A stretch of DNA of 32,000 nt from Alkanindiges sp. WGS2144 (GCF_043950625.1 NZ_CP171007.1); one strand, 5' to 3'. Positions 1 through 13,234 are shown, counted from the stretch's first letter. Made by a program: numbers and translations. Notes: generated by a model from the letters alone, not told the origin.

Positions 1-2143
1 CGGCAATCAATGCTGGCTTGTCAACCACCAAGTCCATACGCTGGATGTTCACCCCAACCCTATAAAAAGAAACTCTAGTCTTTTGAATCACCGTACCAAA
101 TTTTGCGCTAATTCCTAAACCATTTTTTATTAGTTCAGCGCGTTCAGCCTCTGAAAGCTGGTTAGGAGAATATTTTAGCGCAAAAGTAGCCAGGCCTTCT
201 GCATTGGTGGTAGGTGAAACCTGATCAATTTGAATACCAGAGTAGTTCTTATCTAAACTTAGCGCAATGTCCTTATTAGCCACGATAGCGCCATTGCTCT
301 TGTAGGCTTGTACATTAATAGATATTTCCTGATTCGCTTTAGCCACGTCCAGGCTGGCCGCAGAAGAGTTCATTTTAAGGTATGAAACCTCTGCTGTAGA
401 CAATGCGGAAGCAGCAACCATAATCGTGGTATTTTGCGTTACATCACTACCATCAGCACGCACGGTGCCTACTTTAACTGCAATACCTGATGCAATCAAT
501 TTTTGAATAGCTTGCTCATTTAACGCATTGACGTGCAGGGTAAAGGATACCTTACCATTTTCATCAGTATTTTTTGACTCTGCACCGGCAAAGCTTACGC
601 CATTTTGTTCCACCTCTTTATTAGTGAACTCGAATTTGATCAACTTATTAACTGCCGGATTACCGTCGTTATCCAATGCCTGTGCAACAACCTGAACTGT
701 ATCACCAGTAGAGGAAACAATTCCCTTACTGGCCGTCAATATAATTCTTTGCACTTCTTTTTCTACATTAATTTGGTAGAAGCCAACCCTGGTAGTTTGA
801 GTGACAACCTGGCTATTGAGTCCATTATATTGAGCAGTGACAATAATGCCGTTGGTTAGCAGCGCATTTAACGTAGCAGCCGGTACATTTGAAGGGTTAA
901 AGCTTAACGTAAATTTGGCTTGTCCGTTGCTATCAGTAACCACCTTAGAGCCAGTTTTAATGCTCAACCCTGCAGTTTGTGGAATAGTTAAGTTAATTGC
1001 TTTATTAGCTAATGCACCACCATTTTTATCTTTAGCAGTGACAGTAACAACCGCCTCATCACCTGCCACATTTATTTCATTAGCGGTGGCTATGCTTAAG
1101 CTAGTCACTTCCTCTGCTACTGGTGACACTACAGTTATTTTTGTACGTTGAGTTACTACACTGGCATCTTCTTTTAATAAGGCCTGAACAGTAATCCCAT
1201 TGTTAACTAAAGCCTTACCATCGGGATTATCCTGATTAACTACAGTCTTGATAGTAAATACTGCTTCGCCTTTGCTATTTGTTTTAACCACAGCATTGGT
1301 CAGCTTGGCACCATATTTTACTGCCTGCTCGTCTAAATTTAGCTGTACTTCTTTATTAGTGACTGCAAGACCCTCTGGGTTTTTTGCAGATACTGTAACT
1401 TGAATAGTGCCGTCTACCGCGTCTATCTTATTGTTGTTATCTGTAGCCAAAGTCAATTTGGTTACGACGTTAGCTACCGAGTTTACACCAACAGTATATA
1501 CTTGCGTTTTAGTAGCACCACTTGCTTCGGTGAGGGTGGCCTCTAAACTGACCCCCTGCTTGATTAGATCCGCACGTGATACTTCTGTTCCCGCTGGTAA
1601 AACAAGTATAAATTCTGCATAACCCTGATTATCAGTTACCGCACTTGATAACCCTTTAATCGTTACACCATTTTTCTGAAAATTCTGGACTTTTAAAGCT
1701 ACATTTTCGTTGGGTACACCACCACCATTTACATCTACCGCGCGTATACGAATAGAAGTTTCACCGCCACTTACTCTCAAGGGTACAGCAGAGTCAAAAT
1801 TCAACTCATATTGGCTTTGGGTAACAGTACCCGCACCGGTTACTGCCACCTTTTTAACATCATTAATCGTAGTTCCCACAACTGTCGCAGTGAATAGTAG
1901 TTCAGTTAGATCTGGGTTTGATCCACTTAATGTCACTGTAAAGGTAGCATTGCCCTTCTCATCTGTAGCTACTTGAGAGACGTCTGCGGTAGCACCATTT
2001 TTTAGACCATCCTTGATATTGAGCTTGACTTCTGCGTTAGCAACTCCTCCCCCATCCTTATCTACAGCTTTTGCAATAAGGGTAAGAGTATCACCTTTAA
2101 CATTCAGTTCCGTTTTATCTAAAGAAAGTGCAATACCAGCCAC
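1..2143 (-). repeat. Tandem ~300-bp (about 100-aa) coding repeats, the Ig-like modules of the lipoprotein gene. They are diverged at nucleotide level.
   Basis: The same motif recurs about every 100 residues: VKGDTLTLIAKAVDKDGGGVANAEV, SGGETSIRIRAVDVNGGGVPNENV, VDGTIQVTVSAKNPEGLAVTNKEV, VAGDEAVVTVTAKDKNGGALANKAI, STGDTVQVVAQALDNDGNPAVNKLI, KANQEISINVQAYKSNGAIVANKDI. Each is followed by a TD/TN-x-x-G-x-A-x-F motif. Confidence 0.75.
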
Positions 2144-2326
2144 CTCTTTACTAACACTATCTCCAGGGTTGACCGAGTTGTCTGGATTACTACCTGAGTC
2201 GCCTACATTCCCATAATAACCACCGCCACCACCTCCACAAGCAGCCAGAGAAATGGAAGTTGCTAACACCGTCAGATTCACGCCAAGACGCTTTGCTTTT
2301 TGAAAATGAAGTTGAAGATTTGTCAT
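1..2326 (-). CDS. Partial (N-terminal ~775 aa) lipoprotein composed of tandem bacterial Ig-like (Big_1, invasin/intimin-type) domains. The C-terminus lies beyond the window start.
   Basis: Not in the supplied ORF track because there is no stop in the window. My own minus-strand translation from the ATG at 2326..2324 stays open to position 1: MTNLQLHFQKAKRLGVNLTVLATSISLAACGGGGGGYYGNVGDSGSNPDN... It has a basic n-region, a hydrophobic core and an L-A-A-C lipobox, then a Gly-rich linker. At least 7 modules of ~100 aa follow, each with an xLxL...GDxxxLxAxAxDxxGxxxxNxxVxL...TDxxGxAxFTL pattern typical of Big_1 domains. The five plus-strand track ORFs between 605 and 2216 are low-complexity shadows of this frame. 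Confidence 0.8.
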   Translation of the reverse strand, partial: MTNLQLHFQKAKRLGVNLTVLATSISLAACGGGGGGYYGNVGDSGSNPDNSVNPGDSVSKEVAGIALSLDKTELNVKGDTLTLIAKAVDKDGGGVANAEVKLNIKDGLKNGATADVSQVATDEKGNATFTVTLSGSNPDLTELLFTATVVGTTINDVKKVAVTGAGTVTQSQYELNFDSAVPLRVSGGETSIRIRAVDVNGGGVPNENVALKVQNFQKNGVTIKGLSSAVTDNQGYAEFILVLPAGTEVSRADLIKQGVSLEATLTEASGATKTQVYTVGVNSVANVVTKLTLATDNNNKIDAVDGTIQVTVSAKNPEGLAVTNKEVQLNLDEQAVKYGAKLTNAVVKTNSKGEAVFTIKTVVNQDNPDGKALVNNGITVQALLKEDASVVTQRTKITVVSPVAEEVTSLSIATANEINVAGDEAVVTVTAKDKNGGALANKAINLTIPQTAGLSIKTGSKVVTDSNGQAKFTLSFNPSNVPAATLNALLTNGIIVTAQYNGLNSQVVTQTTRVGFYQINVEKEVQRIILTASKGIVSSTGDTVQVVAQALDNDGNPAVNKLIKFEFTNKEVEQNGVSFAGAESKNTDENGKVSFTLHVNALNEQAIQKLIASGIAVKVGTVRADGSDVTQNTTIMVAASALSTAEVSYLKMNSSAASLDVAKANQEISINVQAYKSNGAIVANKDIALSLDKNYSGIQIDQVSPTTNAEGLATFALKYSPNQLSEAERAELIKNGLGISAKFGTVIQKTRVSFYRVGVNIQRMDLVVDKPALIA

Positions 2327-2520
2327 TACAGCTTACCCAATATTTAAAATTCGCAAGTCAAAAGTTTTGAACCAATTGTTGTGTACAAGCAACTGCCTTA
2401 CCTGGCTCATTTAGAGACGACTTTACTTAAGTTATACATGATTGGCAATGTGTATTTATCGTGTTTATATATTTATTAGAAAAATAAAGAAATATACATA
2501 ATGCACAGTTAACATATAGA

Positions 2521-2561
2521 AAAATAAAATGCACAACCCATCTCCTTCAATAGATTGTGCA
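2521..2561 (-). terminator. Candidate rho-independent terminator downstream of metY
   Basis: The minus strand reads TGCACAA-(18 nt)-TTGTGCA, a 7-bp stem at 2530-2536 / 2555-2561. It is followed by TTTTATTTT. The large loop makes it only moderately convincing. Confidence 0.4.
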
Positions 2562-2572
2562 CTCTCATTGGC

Positions 2573-3844
2573 CTACACAGCAGCTAAAGCCTGTTCCAGA
2601 TCAGCGACTAGATCATCAATGTGCTCTAAGCCAACAGATAAGCGCACCATGTCTTTACTCACTCCGGCTTTTGCGAGCTCTTCATCAGATAATTGACGGT
2701 GAGTAGTCGTAGCAGGATGACATGCCAAGCTTTTTGCATCACCAATATTAACCAGCCGCACAAATAACTTCAGGCTATCAATAAAGCGTGCTCCACCCTC
2801 GCGACCGCCCTCAACCCCAAAAGATAAAATGCCCGATGCCTTTCCATCAAAATATTTCTGAATTAACCCATGCTGCGGATGATCAACCAAACCTGCATAA
2901 TTTACCCATTTTACTTTAGGATGCTGTTGTAAATACTGCGCAACCTTTAGAGTGTTCTCACAATGCCGCTCCATGCGTAAAGGCAAAGTTTCCAAGCCCT
3001 GCAATAGCTGAAATGCGTTAAAAGGGCTTAATGCCGAGCCAGTATTACGCAGTGGCACAACTCGTACACGAGCAATATAAGCAGCCGCCCCTAAGGCCTC
3101 CACATAGTTAACACCGTGATAACTGGGGTCAGGAGTATTTAAAGCAGGAAAACGACGAGCATGCTCTGCCCAAGGAAATTTTCCACTGTCTACAATTGCG
3201 CCACCCAAGGTAGTACCATGTCCGCCAATGTATTTAGTCAATGCATGCACTACAATGTCTGCGCCATGCTCGAATGGGCGATGCAGCATCGGAGTAGCCA
3301 CCGTATTGTCAACAATAACTGGAATACCATGTTGATGTGCAATATCGCTAATCGCCTTTATATCCACTACATTACCTAGAGGATTACCAATCGACTCTAA
3401 AAAAACCAGTTTCGTTTTTTCATCTACTAACTTCTCTAGCTGCTCGGGTTGCTGGTAGTCAAAAAAACGTACTTCAATGCCCTGTTTTGGTAAGGTATGC
3501 GCAAATAAATTGTAAGTTCCACCGTATAAGGTAGAAGTAGAAATAATATTATCACCTGCCTCTGCAATCGTCTGGATCGCATAGGTAATTGCTGACATAC
3601 CGGATGCAACTGCAACAGCGCCAATACCCCCTTCCAATGCCGTGATGCGCTCTTCTAGTACCGCAGTTGTTGGATTTGTAATACGGGTATAAATATTACC
3701 CTGGACTTTTAGATCAAAAAGATCAGCACCATGTTGGGTATCATCAAAAGCATAAGAAGTAGTCTGATAAATAGGTGTAGCTACCGCCTTAGTGGTAGGA
3801 TCAGGACGAAAACCGGCATGAATTGCCAAAGTTTCAGGCTTCAT
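2573..3844 (-). CDS. metY: O-acetylhomoserine sulfhydrylase / aminocarboxypropyltransferase (PLP-dependent Cys/Met metabolism family)
   Basis: The 423-aa ORF begins [60 protein letters not shown]. It also contains ...[12 protein letters not shown] (PLP-lysine region) and ...[21 protein letters not shown]. These are hallmarks of MetY/Met17-type enzymes. Confidence 0.93.
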   Translation of the reverse strand: MKPETLAIHAGFRPDPTTKAVATPIYQTTSYAFDDTQHGADLFDLKVQGNIYTRITNPTTAVLEERITALEGGIGAVAVASGMSAITYAIQTIAEAGDNIISTSTLYGGTYNLFAHTLPKQGIEVRFFDYQQPEQLEKLVDEKTKLVFLESIGNPLGNVVDIKAISDIAHQHGIPVIVDNTVATPMLHRPFEHGADIVVHALTKYIGGHGTTLGGAIVDSGKFPWAEHARRFPALNTPDPSYHGVNYVEALGAAAYIARVRVVPLRNTGSALSPFNAFQLLQGLETLPLRMERHCENTLKVAQYLQQHPKVKWVNYAGLVDHPQHGLIQKYFDGKASGILSFGVEGGREGGARFIDSLKLFVRLVNIGDAKSLACHPATTTHRQLSDEELAKAGVSKDMVRLSVGLEHIDDLVADLEQALAAV

Positions 3845-4089
3845 TGCAAATATCCATGTTATAAAATAAAGGCTTAAACTACCATGATTAAATTAATTGG
3901 TTAATAGCTAAATGCACTTAAGTTATTTTGCTTTTAAGAATGAAGAAGCCTGAGGATAGCAGTATGACAAACTACCACCCTAAAGATGGTCAAATATAGT
4001 TGCAGAGAAGCCCACGGCTAAACCAAGAATTTAGCTGACAAAGTATGTGAGCGGACACGCTTTGCTGCTTGCTTAAAATAAATTATTGT

Positions 4090-4124
4090 AAAAAACGCCC
4101 TCCTGCAAGGCAACTTACAGGGTT
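4090..4124 (-). terminator. Third (distal) rho-independent terminator of the rRNA operon
   Basis: The minus strand reads CCCTGTAAGTTGCCTTGCAGGAGGG followed by CGTTTTTT. The stem is imperfect. The hairpin sequence is visibly homologous to the hairpin at 4229-4255. Confidence 0.5.
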
Positions 4125-4215
4125 TTTCATACAGGATACGACTATAGCATTCTGCTGGCGATACGCTGAGCACAGAATACTCTAGCCATATTCTGACTGC
4201 GCAAGGCTCGTTTTT

Positions 4216-4255
4216 GTAGAAACAAAAAGCCTCCGTAAGGTTAACTTACGGAGGC
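4216..4255 (-). terminator. Second rho-independent terminator of the rRNA operon
   Basis: A perfect 11-bp stem GCCTCCGTAAG / CTTACGGAGGC (4229-4239 / 4245-4255) with a 5-nt loop. It is followed on the minus strand by TTTTTGTT. Confidence 0.7.
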
Positions 4256-4410
4256 TAAAATAAATGAGCTGGCGATGCGCTGAGACTGGACTAGCAAACT
4301 TAAAGTGTCGCTTTGAGGCTTTGCCCAGTCGCAAGGCCGAACGACGCGTTTTGCTTGTCTTGCACTTACTTTAAAGCAGTGCTTTAAAGTAAGCTCAAGG
4401 CACGACCCTT

Positions 4411-4447
4411 AAAAAGAAAAGGAGAGCAACCATTGGTTACTCTCCTT
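4411..4447 (-). terminator. First rho-independent terminator, immediately after 5S rRNA
   Basis: The minus strand reads AAGGAGAGTAACCAATGGTTGCTCTCCTT followed by TTCTTTTT. The stem is about 11 bp with one mismatch. Confidence 0.75.
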
Positions 4448-4458
4448 ATTGAATAATG

Positions 4459-4574
4459 AGCTGGCGATGCCCTACTCTCACATGGCGAATGCCACACTAC
4501 CATTGGCGCAACGTGGTTTCACTTCTGAGTTCGGGAAGGGATCAGGTGGTTCACACGTGCTATGGTCGCCAGCA
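4459..4574 (-). rRNA. rrf: 5S ribosomal RNA
   Basis: The reverse complement reads TGCTGGCGACCATAGCACGTGTGAACCACCTGATCCCTTCCCGAACTCAGAAGTGAAACCACGTTGCGCCAATGGTAGTGTGGCATTCGCCATGTGAGAGTAGGGCATCGCCAGC. It contains the universal CCGAACTCAGAAGTGAAAC and GAGAGTAGG blocks. Ends are accurate to about +/-3 nt. Confidence 0.95.
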
Positions 4575-4761
4575 CAACTGGTCGATGATTGGTGGTCTTT
4601 GGTGCCACATCTCATCCTGTCCGGTTGCAGCTGATGGATATGATCCATCAGGCTAAGCAATATTACAGCAAAGGTGGTTGAGTCTGTCGATGCAATGTCT
4701 GAATCAAGCAGTTACTGATCTGGCAGCAACAGTATGCTTGTTTAAGGTCTACAACGCTTTA

Positions 4762-7671
<2,910 letters not shown>

Positions 7672-8072
7672 CTAAAACGTCGTATAGCGTCTACCTTAAT
7701 ACCAAGAACGCTTGATTCAGTTTGCTAGTTCTCAAGTTAAATTCTATCTAGCCAACCCATCCATGAAGAATGAATTAACCAGCTAGCAATCTAACTGAGT
7801 GAACAATTTATTTCAGACTCAATTTTACCTTGCTGTTAATGAATCAATCACGATCTCGTCAATCAGTGATTATTTGTTCCGCTTTCGCAGAAATTAATAA
7901 ACTATCCATTTATTAATTTCTGGGAAATTCTTTCTTTAAAAACTCAACCATTCTTTCCATGCAAGCCTACGCGCAGCATATGAGACATATATGTCGCAAG
8001 GTCAAATTCTCAGGCAAACTTAAAACACTGTTTTAAGGATTTGCTCTATCAACCACGAAGCAGTGCTTCGTG

Positions 8073-8148
8073 TGGTGGAGTCTAGGAGAGTCGAACTCCT
8101 GACCTCCTGCGTGCAAAGCAGGCGCTCTACCAACTAAGCTAAGACCCC
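8073..8148 (-). tRNA. tRNA-Ala (anticodon TGC), in the 16S-23S spacer
   Basis: The reverse complement is GGGGTCTTAGCTTAGTTGGTAGAGCGCCTGCTTTGCACGCAGGAGGTCAGGAGTTCGACTCTCCTAGACTCCACCA. It folds as a cloverleaf with anticodon loop TTTGCAC, the G3:U70 Ala identity pair and an encoded CCA. Confidence 0.96.
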
Positions 8149-8189
8149 TTGTCGCTGCTGCCCTACTGTCCACTTCGCATTATGCGATT

Positions 8190-8266
<77 letters not shown>

Positions 8267-8290
8267 AACGTAGTGCTTACCTTACTCATA

Positions 8291-10019
<1,729 letters not shown>

Positions 10020-10070
10020 TTCTCTTAATGAATTAATCTTCTACTTCGTCAGTAGTAAGATAGGTCGCAT

Positions 10071-10098
10071 ATTGTATGCTATTTCTCAGCACTGTCAA
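10071..10098 (-). promoter_or_regulatory. Candidate rrn promoter (proximal, P2-like)
   Basis: The minus strand reads TTGACA-(16 nt)-TACAAT, with the -35 at 10098-10093 and the -10 at 10076-10071. An A/T-rich UP-like tract (AAATTTACTGAAAAAATATG) lies upstream. A GC-containing discriminator (ATGCGACC) lies downstream. Confidence 0.6.
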
Positions 10099-10162
10099 CA
10101 TATTTTTTCAGTAAATTTTATTTAACTTACTGAGCCAAATGTCCAATCAGTGGAGAAGAGCT

Positions 10163-10190
10163 ATATTAGCCGATTGTCAGTTTTTTGCAA
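10163..10190 (-). promoter_or_regulatory. Candidate rrn promoter (distal, P1-like)
   Basis: The minus strand reads TTGCAA-(16 nt)-TAATAT, with the -35 at 10190-10185 and the -10 at 10168-10163. It sits about 90 bp upstream of the other candidate. This matches the tandem P1/P2 arrangement typical of rrn operons. Confidence 0.45.
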
Positions 10191-10340
10191 GCGCTTCACC
10201 ATCAAAAACATTGAAATGCTGTTTGACTGATTACTTTTAATACGACTTAATAAATTAACTCAAGTACTGCCTTTTACTTAAGAATAACTTTGGGGGGGGC
10301 TTACTGCCTTTTAAATATTTTATTTAACTTTAACGGTAAT

Positions 10341-10367
10341 AAAAAAACCCCACTCTTACGAGCAGGG
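10341..10367 (-). terminator. Rho-independent terminator of aceA
   Basis: The minus strand reads CCCTGCTC-GTAA-GAGTGGGG, an 8-bp stem that includes two G:U pairs. TTTTTTT follows. It lies 27 nt after the aceA stop. Confidence 0.65.
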
Positions 10368-10393
10368 CTTTCTGGTGAACTTAATTTGCTAAA

Positions 10394-11998
10394 TTAATGG
10401 TTAGCAAACTGGTTCATGGTGTTCTTGGCATCATCATGCGCTTTTAGTGCATTGTCGCCAGAGAAGATCTCTTTGTGATCGTCACCGATGTCAGAACCAG
10501 CCATTGCTTGGTGCTTAACACATGCAATGCCACCACGGATTTCTTTACGCTGTACGCCAGCAACATAAGCCAGCATGCCTTCGTCACCGAAATAACCTTC
10601 AGCCAGCTCATGAGTAGATAGCGCAGCAGTGTGGTAAGTTGGGAGGGTGATCAGGTGATGGAATACACCAGCTTCACGAGACGCATCAGCCTGGAAGGTG
10701 CGAACTTTTTCGTCAGCATCAGCAGCTAATTCAGAGTTGTCATACTCAGCGCTCATCAGTTTAGAGCGGTCGTATGCAGATACGTCTTTGCCTTCAGCAA
10801 CCCAACGGTCATAAGCCTGTTGACGGAAGTTCAGTGTCCAGTTGAATGATGGGCTGTTGTTGTAAACCAGCTTAGCATTTGGAATCACTTCTTTAACACG
10901 GTTAACCATGTGAGCGATTTCTTCAACGTTTGGTGTTGCAGTTTCGATCCACAGCAGGTCAGCACCGTTCTGCAGGCTGCTTACACAGTCCAGTACCACG
11001 CGGTCAATTTGTGTGCCTTCACGGAACTGATACAAGCCAGAAGCCAGACGCTTAGGACGGTGTAATTTGCCATCACGCTTAATCAGGATTTCATCTTCCT
11101 CAGCATCAGCAATATCAATTTCTTCAGTCGCTAAATAGCTGATGTACTGAGAAGCAAGGTCGCCTGGTTCTTTAACCACAGGGATTTTTTGAGTCAGGTC
11201 AGCGCCTTCAGAGTCGGTACGGGCAACAATAACACCGTCTTCAACGCCCATTTCCAGGAATGCATAACGCAGTGCGTGGATTTTAGCAATGAAGTCTTCG
11301 TGTGGAACAGTTACTTTACCAGCCTGGTGACCACATTGTTTAGCGTCAGAAACCTGGTTTTCGATTTGCAGCGCACAAGCACCGGCTTCGATCATTTTCT
11401 TGGCCAGCAGGTAGGTTGCTTCTTCGTTACCAAAACCAGCGTCGATGTCAGCAATAATTGGCACAACATGAGTTTGGAAGTTATCAATCTGGCTAGTGAT
11501 TTCAGCAACTTTAGCGTTGTCACCCGCTTCTTTGGCTTTGTTCAGGGCACGGAACAAATCGTTCATTTCTTTAGCATCAGCTTGACGCAAAAAGGTGTAG
11601 ATTTCTTCGATCAGTGCAGGAACAGAAGTTTTCTCATGCATGGACTGGTCAGGCAGAGGACCAAATTCTGAACGTAGTGCAGCAACCATCCAGCCAGACA
11701 GGTAGATGTAGCGGCGATCAGTAGAGTTAAAATATTTTTTGATGGCAATCATTTTTTGCTGAGCGATAAAACCATGCCAGCAACCTAAAGATTGGGTATA
11801 TTTGCTAGAGTCAGCATCATACGCAGCCATGTCTTTACGCATGATAGCAGCAGTATATTTAGCAATGTCTAAACCAGTTTTGAAGCGGTTTTGCATTTGC
11901 ATACGCGCTGCATCTTCTGGGCTAATGTCGCGCCAGGTATCGCCAAACTTGGCTTTTAGCTCACGAATAGCGTCAATCGCAGTGGTGTACGTAGTCAT
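10394..11998 (-). CDS. aceA: Isocitrate lyase (long, ~530-aa Pseudomonas/Acinetobacter-type form)
   Basis: The 534-aa ORF carries the ICL active-site signature K-x-C-G-H (ENQVSDAKQCGHQAGKV). It also has PEP-mutase/ICL superfamily blocks (IIADIDAGFGN, VARTDSE, LLWIETATPN). Confidence 0.93.
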   Translation of the reverse strand: MTTYTTAIDAIRELKAKFGDTWRDISPEDAARMQMQNRFKTGLDIAKYTAAIMRKDMAAYDADSSKYTQSLGCWHGFIAQQKMIAIKKYFNSTDRRYIYLSGWMVAALRSEFGPLPDQSMHEKTSVPALIEEIYTFLRQADAKEMNDLFRALNKAKEAGDNAKVAEITSQIDNFQTHVVPIIADIDAGFGNEEATYLLAKKMIEAGACALQIENQVSDAKQCGHQAGKVTVPHEDFIAKIHALRYAFLEMGVEDGVIVARTDSEGADLTQKIPVVKEPGDLASQYISYLATEEIDIADAEEDEILIKRDGKLHRPKRLASGLYQFREGTQIDRVVLDCVSSLQNGADLLWIETATPNVEEIAHMVNRVKEVIPNAKLVYNNSPSFNWTLNFRQQAYDRWVAEGKDVSAYDRSKLMSAEYDNSELAADADEKVRTFQADASREAGVFHHLITLPTYHTAALSTHELAEGYFGDEGMLAYVAGVQRKEIRGGIACVKHQAMAGSDIGDDHKEIFSGDNALKAHDDAKNTMNQFANH

Positions 11999-12052
11999 GA
12001 CAATGTCCTGTCTTGGGTATGTAGAGGGTGTAAAGCGGCATATAATGCATGC

Positions 12053-12075
12053 TTAGTGGCTAAACTCGACACTAA
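12053..12075. promoter_or_regulatory. Candidate LysR-type operator in the aceA / LysR divergent intergenic region
   Basis: A perfect interrupted dyad TTAGTG-N11-CACTAA, which contains a T-N11-A core. It lies 55 nt upstream of aceA and about 80 nt upstream of the LysR start. Confidence 0.35.
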
Positions 12076-12156
12076 TCGCGCTTTAATCATAGGCTGATTC
12101 TAGGTTCTGTGGCATAATTTAGCCAATTTATCAATTTGATCTTCGGTATTTATTTT

Positions 12157-13137
12157 ATGAATCTTGAGCGCGTCGATTTAAATTTATTAATTTATCTGGA
12201 TGTTTTACTTCGAGAAAAGAATGTTACACGCGCTGCCGAACAGTTGGGAGTAACCCAGCCAGCGATGAGTAATATCTTACGACGCTTAAGAACCCTGTTC
12301 AATGATCCTTTGTTGATCCGCTCCTCTGAAGGCATGACTCCTACCGAGCGTGCGCTTGAATTACAGCCACGTATCCGCGATGCACTGGCTGACCTGGCGT
12401 TGATTTTAGAGCCACGTACTGAATTTAGGCCATTTAGCAGTTCACGGGTATTCCGGATCATGACTTCGGATTATGCCGAAGCCACGTTAGTACCACGTCT
12501 GGTCAAAGCAATGCGTAGTGAGGCACCGAATGTGGTGCTGGATTTTTTAACGCCCAGCGATGTGTCCTACCGGGATATGGAACAGGGCAAGGTTGATTTA
12601 GCGATTAACCGCTTTAATGAAATCCCACAAAGCTTTCATCAGGTGCTGGTCTGGCGCGATAGTTTTAGCTGTTTGCTCAGCGCCAATCATCCAGCAGTTG
12701 AGCATTTGAGCCTGAAAAGCTATCTGGAGGCGCAGCATATCTGGGTATCCAAAACCGGCATGGGTGTGGGTTTTGGGGTGAACCCGGAAAAATCTGGCGG
12801 CCTGGGCTGGATTGATCAAGCGCTAGAACGGATTGGACAAAAACGCAAAATTTCAGTGTTTACCCGGCATTATCAGATGCCTGCCCTGCTGGCCTCCAAC
12901 GTGGATTTAATTGCCACGCTGCCAACACGGATTGCTCGCTTACAGGCAGAAAACCTGAATCTGGTGATTAAGGAGCCACCGTTTTATATTCCTGAATTTG
13001 AGTTAAAAATGGCCTGGTGTCCTTTACTACACCATCACCCAGCGCATCGCTGGCTACGGCAGTTGATTATGTTCGTGGCACGGCAAATTATTGACGAGGA
13101 ACATCGTGAATTTGCCAGCTTGCCATCTGAGCCTTAA
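12157..13137 (+). CDS. LysR family transcriptional regulator
   Basis: The N-terminal winged HTH reads MNLERVDLNLLIYLDVLLREKNVTRAAEQLGVTQPAMSNILRRLR, followed by a LysR substrate-binding-type C-terminal domain. I prefer the ATG at 12157 over the track TTG at 12136 because LysR proteins start a few residues before the DLNLL motif. Confidence 0.88.
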   Translation: MNLERVDLNLLIYLDVLLREKNVTRAAEQLGVTQPAMSNILRRLRTLFNDPLLIRSSEGMTPTERALELQPRIRDALADLALILEPRTEFRPFSSSRVFRIMTSDYAEATLVPRLVKAMRSEAPNVVLDFLTPSDVSYRDMEQGKVDLAINRFNEIPQSFHQVLVWRDSFSCLLSANHPAVEHLSLKSYLEAQHIWVSKTGMGVGFGVNPEKSGGLGWIDQALERIGQKRKISVFTRHYQMPALLASNVDLIATLPTRIARLQAENLNLVIKEPPFYIPEFELKMAWCPLLHHHPAHRWLRQLIMFVARQIIDEEHREFASLPSEP

Positions 13138-13234
13138 AAACCTATAGCCCGCTCGCTTATTTTGATAACTCACTCACTAATTAGCGTGATATCTGCTTTG
13201 GGTTGAGTCAATAGGGTTCGCAAAATGACACGGG

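Noticed and set aside
1-2143. Regular ~300-bp periodicity that could suggest a CRISPR-like or satellite array
   Set aside because: The units are diverged at DNA level, have no repeat/spacer structure and are in-frame protein domain repeats.
605-2216. Five plus-strand track ORFs (605-859, 837-1151, 1407-1622, 1710-1976, 2013-2216) with odd, low-complexity S/T/A/V/L-rich translations
   Set aside because: They lie antisense to a much longer uninterrupted minus-strand frame with a clear signal peptide and domain repeats. They are shadow ORFs of the Ig-repeat lipoprotein gene.
3845-4089. About 245-nt region upstream of metY, inspected for a SAM riboswitch or MetJ boxes. It contains a small GCTAAA-N7-TTTAGC hairpin and a lacO-like tgtgagcggacac at 4046-4058.
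   Set aside because: I cannot recognise any SAM-riboswitch consensus or AGACGTCT-type met boxes by eye, and the lacO resemblance is partial and probably chance. An Rfam cmscan would settle it.
7888-7922. Perfect 14-bp AT-rich hairpin (cagaaattaataaa-N7-tttattaatttctg) in the tRNA-Ala/23S spacer, considered as a novel ncRNA or terminator
   Set aside because: It lies inside the rRNA primary transcript. Such spacer structures are common and variable, and I see no independent promoter or terminator context.
11189-11671. 160-aa plus-strand ORF antisense to aceA. Similar long antisense ORFs occur inside ispB (20749-21114), the RND pump (27007-27318, 28837-29124), the OMF (29446-29805), lolA (19089-19556) and ectD (31203-31544).
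   Set aside because: Each is fully embedded opposite a strongly supported gene, has no ribosome-binding site or recognisable motifs, and has a composition typical of antisense frames.
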